Source: the human T2T-CHM13v2.0 reference genome, Homo sapiens
DNA: 64,000 bases
Assembly (NCBI RefSeq): GCF_009914755.1
Contig: NC_060929.1
Reading direction: 5' to 3' (one strand)
The position numbers were made by a program, and so were the translations under genes. The notes beneath the pieces are model-generated. The model worked only from the letters and a program-made list of their open reading frames with translations, ran no database searches and was not told the DNA's origin. Below, piece after piece: positions 43,356 to 64,000 of the stretch. Each line of letters opens with the position of its first letter. Within the stretch, counting starts at the first letter, position 1.

Positions 43356-44184
43356 ATTTTATTTTATTTTACTTTAAGTTTTGGGATACATGTGCAGAAT
43401 GTGCAGGTCTATTACATAGGTGTACGTGTGCCATGGTGGTTTGCTGCACCTATCAACCCATCATCCAGGTTTTAAGCCCCGCGTGCATTAGGTATTTGTC
43501 CTAATGCCCTCCCTCCCCTTGCCCCCCACCCCTGACAGGCCCTGGTTTGTGATGTTCCCCTTCCTGTGTCCATGTCTTCTCATTGTTCAACTCCCACTTA
43601 GAGTGAGAACATGAGGTGTTTGGTTTTCTGTTCCTGTGTTAGTCTGCTGAGAATGATGGCTTCCAGATTCCTCCATGTCCCTGCAAAGGACATGAACTCA
43701 TTTCTTTTTTATGGCTACATAGTATTCCATGGTGTATATGTGCCACATTTTCTTTATCCAATCTATCACTGATGGGCATTTGGGTTGGTTCCAAGTCTTT
43801 GCTGTTGTGAATAGTGCTGCAATAAACATATGTTTGCATGTGTCTTTATGGCAGAATGATTTATATTCCTTTGGGTACATACCCAGTAATGAGATTGCTG
43901 ATCAAATGGTATTTCTGGTTCTAGATCCTTGAGGAATTGCCACACTGTCTTCCACAATGGTTGAACTAATTTACACTCCCAACAGTGTAAAAGCGTTCCT
44001 ATTTCTCCATGGCCTTGCCAGCATCTGTTTCCTGATCTTTTAATAATCACCATTTTAACTGGCATGAGATTGTATCTCATTGTGGTTTTAATTTGCGTTT
44101 CTCTAATGACCCGTGATGATGAGCTTTTTTTCATGTTGGCTGCATAAATGTCTTTTGAAAAGTGTCTGTTCATATCTTTTGCCC
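43356..44184 (-). mobile_element. 5'-truncated L1PA (about L1PA7-8)
   Basis: 13-bp TSD aattcaatgattt at 43343-43355 and 44185-44197; ORF2 C-terminal peptides. Confidence 0.9.
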
Positions 44185-44601
44185 AATTCAATGATTTTTA
44201 AGTAAATTAATAGAGTTGTGCAATCATTACCACAATCAGTTTTAGAACTTTTCCATCCTTCCCAAAATTTCCCTGGATTCATTTGCACACAATTCTCATT
44301 CCTTTCCCCTAGCTCCAGGAAACCACTGATCTGTTGCCTGTGTCTAAAAATTTCTCTTTTCTGAGCATTTCATGTAAATGGAATCATAGAACATCTAGTC
44401 TTTTGCTGTTTTCTTTTACTTAGAATAACGTTTTTGAGGTTTATTCGGGCTGCAGAATGTGTTAGTAATTCATTTCTCTTTAATTGTTAAATGGTATTCC
44501 ATTGTATTGTTACATCACATTTTATTTATGCATTCACCAGTTAATGGATATTTGGCTCTTTTCAACTTTTGGCTTTTTGGATAATACCATGAATATGCAT
44601 G

Positions 44602-45047
44602 TGTCTTAGTTCATATTTGTTGCTCTAAAGGAACACCTGAGGCTGGGTAATTTATAAAGAAAAGAGATTTATTTGGCTCGTGGTTCTGCAGAGTGTACAA
44701 GAACAATGGTGCCAGCATTTGCTTCTAGTGAGGACCTCAGATTGCTTCTCCTTATGGTGGAAAGCAAACGGGAGCAGATGTGAGTAGAGATCATGTGGTG
44801 AGAATGAAGAAGCCAGTTGGGGGAGAGGTGCCATGCTCTTTTTAATAGCCAGCTCTTTTGGAAACTAATGGAGAACTTATTCCTTATCATGAGTACTGCA
44901 CCAGGCCATTCATGAGGGATCATGAGGGATCGATCATTCATGAGTGATACCCTCATAACACAAACACCTCCTGCTAGGCCCCACCTCCAACATTGGGAAT
45001 CAGATTTCAGTGTGAGGTTTGGGGGATCAAAAATCCAAACTGTAACA
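44602..45047 (-). mobile_element. MST (MSTB-like) solo LTR
   Basis: tgtcttagtt...ccaaactgtaaca; TSD gcatg / gcgtg, differing by one CpG-type transition. Confidence 0.85.
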
Positions 45048-47590
45048 GCGTGTACAAGTCTGTCTATGGCCATATATTCATTTCTCTTGAATATATTTTT
45101 AAGAGTTACCATAACAATATTCCTAGGAGTAGCCTTACTGGGATGAAACTTTTTTTTTAAAACGTGTCTAAATTTTTAAGAAACTGCCAAACTGTTTTCT
45201 AAAGTGGGTGTACCATTTCACATTCCCATCAGCAACGTCTGAGGGTACTAGTTTCTCTGCATCCTCACTAACTCTCATCTTTTGTCTTTTGATTATTGCC
45301 ATTTTAGTGGGTATGTAGTAGTATCTTGTGGCTTTAATTTGCATTTCCCTAGTTACTGATGAAGTTTGAGCACCTTTTTATTTGCTTATTAGACGTGTGT
45401 CTTTTTTGGTGAAATGTTTGTTCAAGTTTATTGTCTATTTTAAAAATTCGGTTGTTGACTTCTTACTATTAAGTTTATTTTTAAAATATATTTTGTTGTA
45501 AGAGTTCTGTATTGGAGATATAAGTTGTTTTGTTTTGTTGTTTAACAGTTTGCAGATATTTTATCCCAGTGTGTGGCTTCTTAGTGGTGCCTTAAGAAGC
45601 ACAAAAACATTCAATTTTAAGAGTCTAATTTAACTATTTTTTTGGTCTTGTCTGGTTAGTATCATGTCTAAGATCCTTTTGCATAACCCATGGCCATAAA
45701 GATTTTCTCTTATATTTTCTCCTAGAAGTTTGTGGTTTATCTCTTGTGTTTAGGTGTATAATACATTTTGAGTTAATTTTTGTTTATTGTGTATGAAGGT
45801 TATTGGTCTTTATTTGTGTAAGGGTCTAAATGCATCTTTTTGCTGTGGATATCCAAATATTCCTCCACTACTTGTTAGAAAGACTATATTTTGTAAATTA
45901 TCTTTTTGTACTTCTGTTGAAAAATCACTTGTCCATATATGGAGAGGTCTATTTTTGGACTTTTCCCATTGAATTGTTTGGACACTTTTCTTGCAAATCC
46001 ATTGACCAGTGATGTAGGATTTATTTTTGGACTCAGTTCTGATCTATTGAACTATGTGCCTATCTTTATACCAATATGCCTTTCTTGACTAATGTTAATG
46101 TTGCTTTATAGTTAGTCAGTCTTTCGACTTTCTTCTTTTTCAGAATTGTTTTGGCTATTCAGAGTCCTTTGCATTTCATTTAAATTTTGGACTCAGCCTG
46201 TTTCTACAAAAAATAAAAAATAAAAATAAAAACCCTGCTGTGATTTTGATAGGGATTGAGTTAACACTGTAAGCCAGTTTGGGGAGAATTAATACCCTGA
46301 CAGCATTGATTTTGTGAATATGGATTTCTCTCCATTTATTTATATTTTTATAATTTCTCTCAGCCATGTTCTTCAGTTTTAATTGCACAAATCTTATACT
46401 TCTGTTGTTAAATTTGTTACTAAGTATTTTATCCTTTTTATGTTATTTTAGGTGGAATTATTTTAATTTCCTCTTTGGATTGTTTGTTGCTAGTAGTTAG
46501 AAATAAAGTTGTCTTTCATATATTGATCTTGTATCATTCTACCTTGCTAACCTCCTTCACTAATTCTAGTAGTTTGTGTGTGTGCATGTGCTGGTGCACA
46601 TGCATGCTCAAGATTCCTTGGGTTTCCATATATATTATGAGAATGTCTTCTGCAAATAAAAATGTTTGCTTATTCCTTCCAAAGTAGTTATCTTTAATCA
46701 ATCCACCTTCCTTTTTTCCTCCTTTTGCTTTATTAAACTGGCTACAGCTTCTAGGATAGTGAGAATAGAAGTAGGAGGAGTAACATCCATGCCTTATTCC
46801 CAATTTTAAGAGAAAGCATTCACCATTAAGGATGATATTGACTGTAGATTTTTTTTTTTTTGTAGATGCCCTTTGTTGGTCTCAGGAACCTCTCTTGTGT
46901 TTCCAGTTTGTTGAGTTGGTTTTTGTTTTTTTTTTTAATTTTTTTTATCATTAATGGTGTTGGATTTTTCCAGATGCTTTTCTGTTGCCATGATCTGTGG
47001 AGATAATCATGTGATCTTTGTCCACTTACTCTGTTAATATGGTGAGTTACATTGATTGACTTTTGTAAACCAACCCTGCATTTCTGGCATACTTTCCATT
47101 TGGTCATTTTGAGTTCCTTCTGGGAGTTGCAATGAGGGTGCTGATTTTTATGATTTGCCCTACCTTGGTTGAAATACGTTTCCAAGAGAGTTGCAGGGAA
47201 TGAGAGCAGTTCTAGGCAAGAATGCCACAGACTCATGCTGTTCTTACCAGAGTTCAGTAGTTTCCATGAATAGATGTTTCTCAGTTTGTTATGTTGTGTG
47301 CCTTTGGACAGAATACTGAAATGGTTATTTTTGAGTTTGATCCATATTTATTGTATTTTGAGAAGCGGATTTGTTGACTTCCTCATTCTGTCATGCTGGA
47401 AGTGAATTTCCATTTCTTGATTTTTAAGTTTTAGTTGTCTTGTACTCATTTGCTGCTATGGAGAATAAAGCTTCAGCTTTTCTAAAGCTTATGTTGCCCC
47501 TTTTCCCCAACACACATGCATCTTTTCTCCCCACAGTCCTTCTGTTACATGTAACAATGATTTTAGGTTAGACTAGTATTTGGAGTTCTT

Positions 47591-47709
47591 TATTTATTAC
47601 TATGTAAATAGTATTTACAGTATTTATTTATAAATACAGTATTTATTTATAAATACAGTATTTATTTATAAATAAATAGTATTTATTACTATGTAAATAG
47701 TATTTACAG
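47591..47709. repeat. AT-rich A-B-B-B'-A complex duplication containing palindromes
   Basis: Identical 30-mers at 47591-47620 and 47680-47709 enclose 19, 19 and 21-nt units. Confidence 0.9.
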
Positions 47710-48464
47710 CTGCACTTTCTAGTATATCGTGATTATATTTTGTTTTTTGTACAGCTGTATTGCTACAGTAAATGCCTTATTTTGATCTGTTGCTTTATTT
47801 TACACACATACACACTCCTTCCTTCCCTTCTGATTCTTTCCATATTTTCTGGCAAGATTGAAAAACTATGGTTCATCCTTTCTGTTTATATAACCAGAAA
47901 AAGAGATTTTTTTTTCCCAAAGCGAAGTCTCAAACTCTTCATGAGGAAAGGTAATATTCTTTATATAACTACAAGAAGAACCTAGTGCTTATCAGATTCT
48001 CTTACGTTTATATATAAATATATACTGTTTTAGAGTCTACAAATCATGTTCAGTACTTTGTATTATTTAGTCTTTATGGTCTTTTGGGCAAATTATTAGG
48101 AACTGAGGTTTTAACCCAGATCTTCAGACTAGAAGCTTAGGATGTTATGTTCCTACTTTATTATATTTACATTATCATTTAGTTTGCAGTGAATCCAGGT
48201 ACATCAGTGATTTCCACACAGTAAGTTAACTGACTTTGGAATATTTAGTAACAATGTTTATTTCTTGACTAGCTCTTTAACTAGTGTAGTTAGTATTTGT
48301 TACAAAGTTCTCTGCCCACTGAGTGTTGAGAATGTGGAGAAGATAAATAGCTTGTTAACTTTGTATGCAGCTTATTTCCTAATAGCTTTTCTGAGTATGA
48401 TCTAAGGACTCTTGGAGCCTTCCTTTCAGAGAGCTTAGGTTCCTCCCTTTTCTAACCATATACA

Positions 48465-48560
48465 TATGTGAAGCAGATTTCTTCATTTTCAACCAAAACA
48501 ACGTATTGTATAACAGATTGAGTGCAGATACAGATATAAGAAACCATATAGATATAACAT
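48465..48560. mobile_element. Charlie1-like DNA transposon fragment
   Basis: ttcaaccaaaacaacgtattgtataacagattgagtgcagatacagatataaga resembles Charlie1. Confidence 0.5.
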
Positions 48561-48789
48561 TGCTAGGAATTTTAAAACTCGAAAATTAACACTCCTGCAT
48601 GCACTTGAAAGAATATATAGCCTGCTCTTGTTGGGTAAAATGTTCTAAAATGCTTCAAAATATTCAAAATGCTTTTGTACTTTTTTTTTTTTTTAGCATT
48701 TTGTAAAATGTTCAAAATGCTTTTGCAGACGCAACTATAGGTTGCCAACCAAAAAAGCTACTTTATATATGAAGTTGACAAGTCTATAT

Positions 48790-51700
48790 ATTAAGTTGAC
48801 AGTCTCTTTTAATTAATGTGCTTATGCCATTTATATTTAATATAATTACTTATCTGCTTGGATTAAAATCTGTCATTTTACCATCTATTTTCTGTTTATT
48901 CCAACTATTCTTTGTTTCTTTTCCTTTCTTTTTGCCTTTTTTTTTTTTTTTTGGATCAGTTGAGTATCTGTTAATGACTGTCTTCTCCCCTATTTCTTCA
49001 TTATTTATATCTCTTAAAACTGTTTTTTAGTGATGCCCTAATTTTTACAATATATGTCTCTACTCATAGTCTCTGTATTCAAATAATATTATTCTGCTTC
49101 ATATGTACTGTAAGGATCTCCCAGCAGAGTACTCTCAGTTCCCCCTTCCCAACCTTTATACAGTTTTAAAATGTATTTTATTTTTATATATGCTAGAAAC
49201 ACACAGTACATTACCTTTAAAGAATTTTTTTAATTTGAATGGGTACATAGGAGGTGTGTATATTTATAGGATATATGAGATATTTTGATACAGGCATGCA
49301 TTGTGTAATAATTACACTATGGAAAAAGGGGTAGTCATCCCCTCAAGCATTTATCCTTTGTGTTACAAACAATTTAGTTATACTCTTTTAGTTATTTTAA
49401 AATCTACAATTATTTTGACAATAGTCACCCTGTCGTGCTATCAAATACTAAGTTACTCATTCTTTCTAATAATTTTTTTGTATTCATTAACCATCTCTAC
49501 CTCTCCGGTGCCCTGGCTTCTGCCTACTACCCTTCCTGGCCTCTGGTCACCATCCTTCTTCTATCTCTATGTGTCACTACTTTTGCTTTAGATTTTAATT
49601 TTAATTTGCTTTTAATTTTAAAAGAATTAAATATAAGGAAAAATGAATTTTACATTGGCCTTTATTAATACCATTTCAGCACTTTTCATTTGTGTGTGTG
49701 GGTGTATATGTGGAGATCCATGTTTTTGTATCATATCATAATCTTTTTGCCAGAAAATTTTTCTTTAATATTTCTGGTAGAACAGGTCTGCTAATAATCA
49801 GTTCTCTGATTTTTGTCTGAAAAAGTCTTCATTTTTTGTTCATCTTTGAAAGATATTATCAATAAGTATAATATGGGTTCACAGGTATTTTTATTGTTTT
49901 TACTTTCTTTCGTACTTTAAACACATCATTTTCATCCGTTCTGGCTTGCAAAGATTCTGGCTAGAAGTCCACTATAATTCTTATCCTTATTTTTCTGTAT
50001 TTAGTGTGTCTTGTTTTCTCTGGCTGTCTTTAATATTTTTTCTGTATTTCTTGTTTTGGGGTGTTTGAATATGATGTGTTAAAGTACGTGTGTGCAATGT
50101 GTGTTATGTATATGTGTGTGTTTCTGTTTATCCTTAGTGTTGTCTAATGTTCTTGGATCTCTGGTTTTGAGTCTTCATTAATTTTGGAAAATTCTCAGTC
50201 ATTCACTGTCTCTTTACATATTTCTTTTGTAACTTCTTTATCGTCGCTTTCTGTAATTTTTATTACATATGTGTTAGAATTTTTGATATTGCCCCATGTC
50301 TCTTAGATGTTCTATTCTTTATTTCCATTCTTTTTTACTTTTGCATTTCAGTATATATAATTTCTATTTTCAGTTTCACTGATTCTCTCCCACCCTCAGT
50401 TTTGCTGAGTATATTGGTGAGCTTCTCAAAGGTACTCTTCATCTCTGTTATGATATTTTTCATTTCTACCATATCCATTTGGTAATTTCCTATATCTTAT
50501 ATATATGCTAAGATGCCCCATCTCCTCATGCATGTTGGCCACCTTTTTGACTAGAGTCTAAGAACATATTAGTCAATTATTTTAAATTTTTTGTCTGATA
50601 ATGCCAACACCTGAGTTATATGTGAATATGGTTTTCTTGATTGCTTTGTCTCTACATACTTGACAGTGTGTCTTTTTTTTCTTGTTTCTTTTTATGCCTC
50701 ATAATTTCTTGTTAAAAACTAGACATCTTTTGAAGACGGTAGAGACTGAAATAAATAGGTTTTGTGCCTTAAGTGGGAGGTGAGATGGGATAGCAAAGCC
50801 CATCCTCCTCAGGGCACAGCTGAAGACCCACTGGACATGGCTTTTCTGTTGTGCTAGGCTTTTAGTGTATGGATGGTGTGCTGCTGTGGTGGGGGCAGGT
50901 GTCAGGTAATTCAGTCAGAAATTGATCTGGGTTTGGGTTTTTGCTCACCATGACTGCCCTCAGTACCTCAGAGACTTCAAATTACTTTGGTGTTACCTTA
51001 TGTTTAGAGTGAGTCCTGCTTTTCCAGAAGCTTTTTCTTGGTGTTTGCTCCATTAGCTTCGGGTTTCCCCTTTGTGCCTGCCCCTCAGAGAGGGCTTCTC
51101 TTCGCACACTCTTCCCCCAGGAGTAGAGTGCTGTTACTTGTTACTTTATACTTGGAGCATGGTGGGCATGTTGGGGAGTTAGGGGTGGAGGATATTCTTG
51201 TTCTGGTTCAGCCTCAGCCTTAGGCAGCCTGTGTCTCTGGAGTGGAGAGATCTGCCCTTCTCAGTGATCCTGCCCCACCACCATCTCTAAGGTCTCTGTA
51301 ATAGATATATTCCTGTCCCACCTCCAGGGTTAGAGGATTTTTTTTCCTGTGCCCTTTCCCCAGCTGCAGTGGGTCTTTAGCTGTGCCCTGAGGAAAATGG
51401 GCTTTGCTATCCCATTTTACCTCCCACATAAAGCTTTTGTTTGGAAGAGTTAAAGGGGAGTTTTGGTGGCTGCTCTTTGCCTCCCCAAGACCTGTACCCT
51501 GAATGAGGCCAGCCTCCTGTCTTTCTTCTGAGCACCTGGTGAGATCTGTGGAGAAGAGCCTGTGAGTGAGTGATGATACCCATGTAGCTTTGGCTCCTGG
51601 GGGTTCTGTACTCTCTCTAACCAACCTTTCATCTTAGAGCAATGCATCACAAGCTTTAGCTGAATTCCTTTTTGCTTGTCTGTTCCAGGTAAACAAGTGC

Positions 51701-51840
51701 TAGTCTTTTATCTCTCTTTGAGTTATTTTTGGGGTTGTTTGCCCTTTGATGGGTGTTAAGCTGTGATTTTGCAAATGAATGTTTGTTATGAGAGTTAGAA
51801 ACAGTGGTCTTTTCCACTTTTCTACGTCCTAAGCTGAAGC
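48790..51840 (-). mobile_element. Ancient L1M 5'/ORF1 region with an inserted L1MA 3' end (about 49225-49565)
   Basis: L1MA2/3-like gggtacataggaggtgtgtatatttat...ccctcaagcatttatcc; degenerate ORF1 and 5' UTR motifs. Confidence 0.55.
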
Positions 51841-51904
51841 CTTCCCCTACTACATCTGAGAGATATAGGAAAGTTCCTTCTTAGACACAGATACATTTAC
51901 TTGG

Positions 51905-51980
51905 TGGTCCTCCTCTTCCTCCTCCCCCTCCTCCCTTCCTTCCTTCTTTCTTCCTTCCTTTTCCTCCTCCTCCTTCTTCA
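51905..51980. repeat. CT-rich low-complexity tract
   Basis: (cct/ttcc)n. Confidence 0.8.
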
Positions 51981-52641
51981 GAAGTTTTAAAAGCACTTTA
52001 GTTTTTCTTTTTACAATCTATAAGGTTTTTTAAAAATTTTTTAACATTTTGTTTTTACATCTATGAGTTTTCTTTTTAAAGGTAAACCTGTTTGTGAAGA
52101 TAATCCTCTTGTGCTATATGGCATCATTTGCACTTCGGAGTAAATCACTACTGTCAAATATCTCCTTCTGAAAAACTGTGATGCAGAAGGAAGTGTTAGC
52201 TTCCAGTTTGAAAATCCCTGTTACTGTTACAGTATTTGAGGTTTATAATAAGTATAAAAATAACATAAGAGGAATGAGATTACCTTTTTAAAAATACTTT
52301 TTGATGAATCATTTCTGGATTCTGGATTCTGTGTGTATTCTATTAGCTGGATATTTTGTACACATCTGATTTTTAAAAGGAAATATGGATAAATGGTAGC
52401 ATTATTCTAGAACAGCAACAGTAGGTATGTCAGAAACATGTATGGTGTATCTAAGAGTAGTTTAGAGGTAGAACAGAGCAGGATGAAACATGTTTACTTA
52501 TTTCATACATATGTAAATATAAGTTATATATAGTGTTGACTTAAATCATGAGATCTATAAATATAGAAAAGGAGAGCTTTATTTCTTACAGAGGATTACA
52601 GCCTGCAGGCTTATTAACATGACCTACAATATGAAGGTTTT

Positions 52642-58745
<6,104 letters not shown>

Positions 58746-58930
58746 CACTATAAAGTTTTGATAGTTGATTTAGGGTTTGAAGTTATGTTAACACTTTATT
58801 GAAGAGTTTAGGGGGGAAAATGATGTTTCAAAGTATATGATTAAAATAGTTAGGAAATTTCAAGTGTAAGAGTGATAGGACCATCAAGAGAATTAATATT
58901 AAACTTTTCAAGTGGTATTAGTAAAAAGCT

Positions 58931-59566
<636 letters not shown>

Positions 59567-59670
59567 TCATGATGTGGTATTCTAGATGTTTGAAAACTCA
59601 AACTTGTACTGTTTAGTATTCTCTGTTCAGATAGGTATCATGGAGGCTTATTTGCAGAAAAATGTTTGAG

Positions 59671-59976
<306 letters not shown>

Positions 59977-60329
59977 TAAGAGCATAGCCTATGTAATAGC
60001 TTGGAAACAGTCCATTTGTGACCTAGGACCTAATCAATGTTGATTTCCGTTTTCCTTTTATTTAATTTTTTTGTTCAAAGGTAATTTGAAAATGGTTATC
60101 TACTGGCTGATTTTGTCTGTTTAAGCTTTCTACATTGAGTATCAATTCAAATGTGAGATTTTAGTTGTTATATTCTCCTATATATAAGAAACACTGCATT
60201 GAGCATTTGGGGTTAATTTACTTTAGCTAGTGGTGTTCTATTCCTTGATAATTAAATTTCTTGGAGATGATGGAATTGAAATATTATCTTAGAGGTAGTT
60301 TTATCACTTGGTTAAGAATTTTAGCTTAA

Positions 60330-60692
<363 letters not shown>

Positions 60693-61057
60693 CTATGTAT
60701 TTGGATTATTTGACCTCTCTAAATCTGTTTGCTCATCCGTAAAATGGAGTCAATATTAGTGTGCCTCACGTGGGTGTTGTAAGGTTTGAATGGGCAATAC
60801 ATGTGTTTGACATAGTGCTTGGCAAATAATGTTCAAAAAATATTAGCTATTATTAAGTCTGTTAAGTATAGAGGATTCAGAGTTTGCACCAAGGTTGTGG
60901 TCTAGGTTTGATATTGTTCAGGTTTAAAACTTCATGTAATGTGAGCTTTTTCATTGACCCCTGTGCTTTTGACAAAGCATAGGTGGGAAGAAGAGAGTTC
61001 AGAGTCTCTTTCATTCCAGTCCTGTGCTTTTTTAGCCAGACTAGTGAGTGGTTTTGC

Positions 61058-61340
61058 TTTTTTTTTTTTTTTTTTTTTTTTTTGAGATAGGATCTCATTC
61101 TGTCACCCAGGCTGGAATACAGTAGCACAACCATTGTTCATTGCTGCTTTATTTTCCAGGCTCAAATGATCCTCCTGCCTCAGCCTCCCAAATAGGCAGG
61201 ACTACAGGCATGTGCCACTACACCTAATTTTTCTTATTTTTAATAGAGATGAGGTCTTACTGTATTGCCCCACGCTGGTCTTGAACTCCTGAGCTCAAGC
61301 GAACCTCCCACCTTGGCTCCTAAAGTTCTAGGATTACAAG
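61058..61340 (-). mobile_element. AluJ
   Basis: Antisense dimeric Alu with long T tail. Confidence 0.88.
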
Positions 61341-61626
61341 CGTCAACCATTGTGCCCAGCTCTTAATAGATTTTAAGAGATAGACTCTATTATAAATTTA
61401 GAATTTTCCAATCTTCTTCCAAAAAAACACATATGCAAATTTTTTTTGCACTGTTGTGGTAAGGGGCAGTTCATAGTGCTGCCTTTCAAGCCTACTAATA
61501 GACTCCCTATTCTGGAGAAAGAATTCATTTCAGCATAAAGTTACTAAAGAGGGAATATGGGGCTGGTTTAGACAGTTTTGGAGCCCCCAAATAAGACAAG
61601 AAAAGCACCTGTACTTCTTAGGTTTC

Positions 61627-61989
61627 TGTGTTAGTCCATTTTCATATTGCTATGAAGAAATGCTCAAGACTGGTTAATTTATAAAGAAAAAGATGTTTAA
61701 TGGACTCACAGTTCCACATGGCTGGGGAGGCCTCACAATCATGGCAGAAGGGGAAGGAGGAGCAAAGGTATGTCTTACATGGTGGCAGGCAAGAGTGTGT
61801 GTGCAGGGGAACTGCCCTTTATAAAACCATGCAGTCTTGTGAGACTTACTCACTTTCATGAGAACAGCACAGGAAAACCTGCCCCCATGATTCAGTTACT
61901 TGCCACCAGGTCCCTCCCATGACATGTGAGGATTCTGGAAGCTACAATTCAAGATGAGATTTGAGTGGGGACACAGCCAAATTCTATCA
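61627..61989 (-). mobile_element. THE1 solo LTR
   Basis: tgtgttagtcc...gggacacagccaaattctatca; 5-bp TSD gtttc (61622-61626, 61990-61994). Confidence 0.93.
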
Positions 61990-62194
61990 GTTTCTTTTTA
62001 TTCTAATGCCTGTACACCATCAATAATTTCTTGTATTACTTGATTCTAGTAGTCTTGATTGTTAGCAACCATGTTCCAGAAATTTTCAGTATCTTATCAA
62101 TAGCCTAATGCCACTTCTGTGAGCAGGACATTACTTCTGTGAGCAAAACAGTTTATTTTGATACAGTATTACATGAGTGTAATACAGGTATCAA

Positions 62195-62420
62195 CAAGTA
62201 ATGTTTATCAGTTGCTTTCTGTGTGCCTATGCATTCCCAGCTAAGCACTTTACCTGCAGTATTTTATTTATATAAAAGCATGTTCCACTGTTACCCCCAT
62301 TTTGCAAATGGAAAATCTCAGGCTTAATACTTTGCCCAAAGTTACACAACTTTAAGTGGGAGAGTCTGGATTCAAACCCAAATCTGTAAATTCATGTTCT
62401 CTTATCTGCTATGTTGAGTT
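62195..62420 (-). mobile_element. MIR
   Basis: ccccattttgcaaatggaaaatctcaggctt...ttgcccaaagttacaca...ggattcaaacccaaatctg. Confidence 0.75.
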
Positions 62421-64000
62421 GCCAGAGTTAAATACATTTAGTGGTGTGCTTTAGTTAACTTGTGTCCCCCCATCTTAGCCCTTGAAATAATGAAATACTT
62501 TGTCTTTTCCCATCCCAGCAAATGGTAGTTGTAATTAATATCTCTGGTATTGATTTGGCATGTGAAATAAACTTTACAAGATCAAATAAGCTTATTTTCT
62601 GAGATTTATTATCATACTTCAGGGAAGAACTTTTCTATTAAAATTGTGCTGCAGCTTGACTGTAGAAGACATTAAACCAAAAACTACTTGCTTATTTGAA
62701 ATTCAGTTTTCCAGTAGGCTTTGATCTGAAAGAGCCAGGATGGCAAGTAGTAGAGAGCTTTTATTTATGTGTTCTGATGAGAAAATACATTACTTAGGTG
62801 GATTTATTATGAATAAATATCCATGATACCGTAAATACTTTATCGTAAACTGAGGCAGATTACAATTTAATTCACATAGGTTAAATCAATGTATAGTGTT
62901 TTTATTTTTAAATCTATATTTCTGTTCTTTGGTTTAAAATGGCTATGTTCAAGCTGATTTAAACAGTCTGCTTTCTGGTCTCTTCCTGCACGCAAGACCC
63001 ACCTTCTGAATGCCAATAGAAGTTCTTCTTCCCCTGATGATGTATTTTTTTTTTTCCTGGACCTTTTCTGATTCTGGCTAAGGTACAGCTCTCCTGGGTG
63101 TCTTCTGGCTATTCCAGAGCTCCTCAGCTTTTCCTTGCCCTTCCCTCAAGCATCTGAAAGGAACTTGATATTCACGTGATGATTGTATTGCTTCATTTTG
63201 TTTTGAATTTGACTGATTTTGCATTTGCAGTAATTTGGACAGCTCAGGTAAAGGAAGATTTGTGCTCTCTTGGAGATAAGAGTCTAGGTAGTTAAGTAAG
63301 TGCTGGGATATGGAGTTTATGTCTTAGAGAACTTTGAAGTGTTTTAAAATAATTATTCGTATTAATGGTCAGTGTGCAATGAAATGAATTTTATTGTCTC
63401 CTTATTCAGAAATAGAAAAGTTGGTAAAATGAAATAAATACAATCTTTGAGAATGATATTTAACCTGCTTAATATCTTTTATTTAGCTTTATTTAAAATA
63501 AAACTAGACAAAAGTAAACTTTGAGGTTTTCATTTGATCAGTTTTGTACACTAACTGTGCATTTGTGTGTACTAACTGTACATACAGAAAGAGGAAGGTG
63601 GACTAGTTTTAACATACCTCCATTTGTATTTGAAAGCAATATTTTAGAAATAGTTTTTGAGTAGGACTTCTTAATTTTTAAAACATATTCAGTATCTTCT
63701 AATAGATTTCTTAACTAGAAATTACAGTTAGGCAGTTTCAGCTTCTAGAATGTGTCTAAGAATTTGGAACAAGGTAATGGACATAGCTGTTGTGAAGGCT
63801 GTAGACATTATTCAGCCCCTTTTTAGAGCACATATTTTATATATTTATAATGTAAAATATTTTAATAGTCTGGTTTCTTGGCACACAAAATAGTAAAAAC
63901 TCTAAGTGAAAAAAATATAATATTAAGTTATATTCTTCATTCTTTGCCAGAGGGACAGGGAAATAGAAATATACTTTAGAAGTGTCTGTTTCAAAATAGT

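Larger units (their letters stand above)
43280..47105 (-). mobile_element. Old L1M (MB/MC-type) interrupted by an L1PA and an MST LTR
   Basis: L1M 3' UTR and ORF2 remnants (46176..46388, 46534..46803, 46826..47236). Confidence 0.7.

Noticed and set aside
62113-62145. Short direct repeat acttctgtgagca x2
   Set aside because: Isolated small tandem duplication with no further structure

Overview
Hominid (very likely human) genomic DNA covering the middle of SCAMP1 (secretory carrier membrane protein 1) on the + strand. The window starts in intron 1, contains coding exons 2-6 (6476-6553, 33112-33210, 34133-34241, 36367-36495, 39393-39552; all AG/GT bounded and splicing into one open frame) and ends in intron 6. 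Most of the rest is transposon-derived: a near full-length L1PB, a young full-length SVA with a perfect 14-bp TSD, a fragmented near full-length L1MC, a full-length L1PA5-7-like element, about 20 Alus/Alu monomers, THE1/MST/MLT1/MER21 LTRs, and L2, MIR and hAT relics. Nearly all long L1s are antisense to the gene. Best candidate for a hidden system: the L1PA 5' UTR in intron 6 keeps an uninterrupted ORF0 frame (start codon ATG changed to GTG) whose splice donor 2 has the same phase as the SCAMP1 exon 6 donor, predicting an in-frame ORF0-SCAMP1 fusion from the L1 antisense promoter. Other leads are a CpG-retaining putative poison exon upstream of exon 6, two frame-preserving Alu exon candidates, and a young palindromic templated duplication. 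Repeat subfamily names and most repeat boundaries were judged by eye and are approximate; no database search was run.
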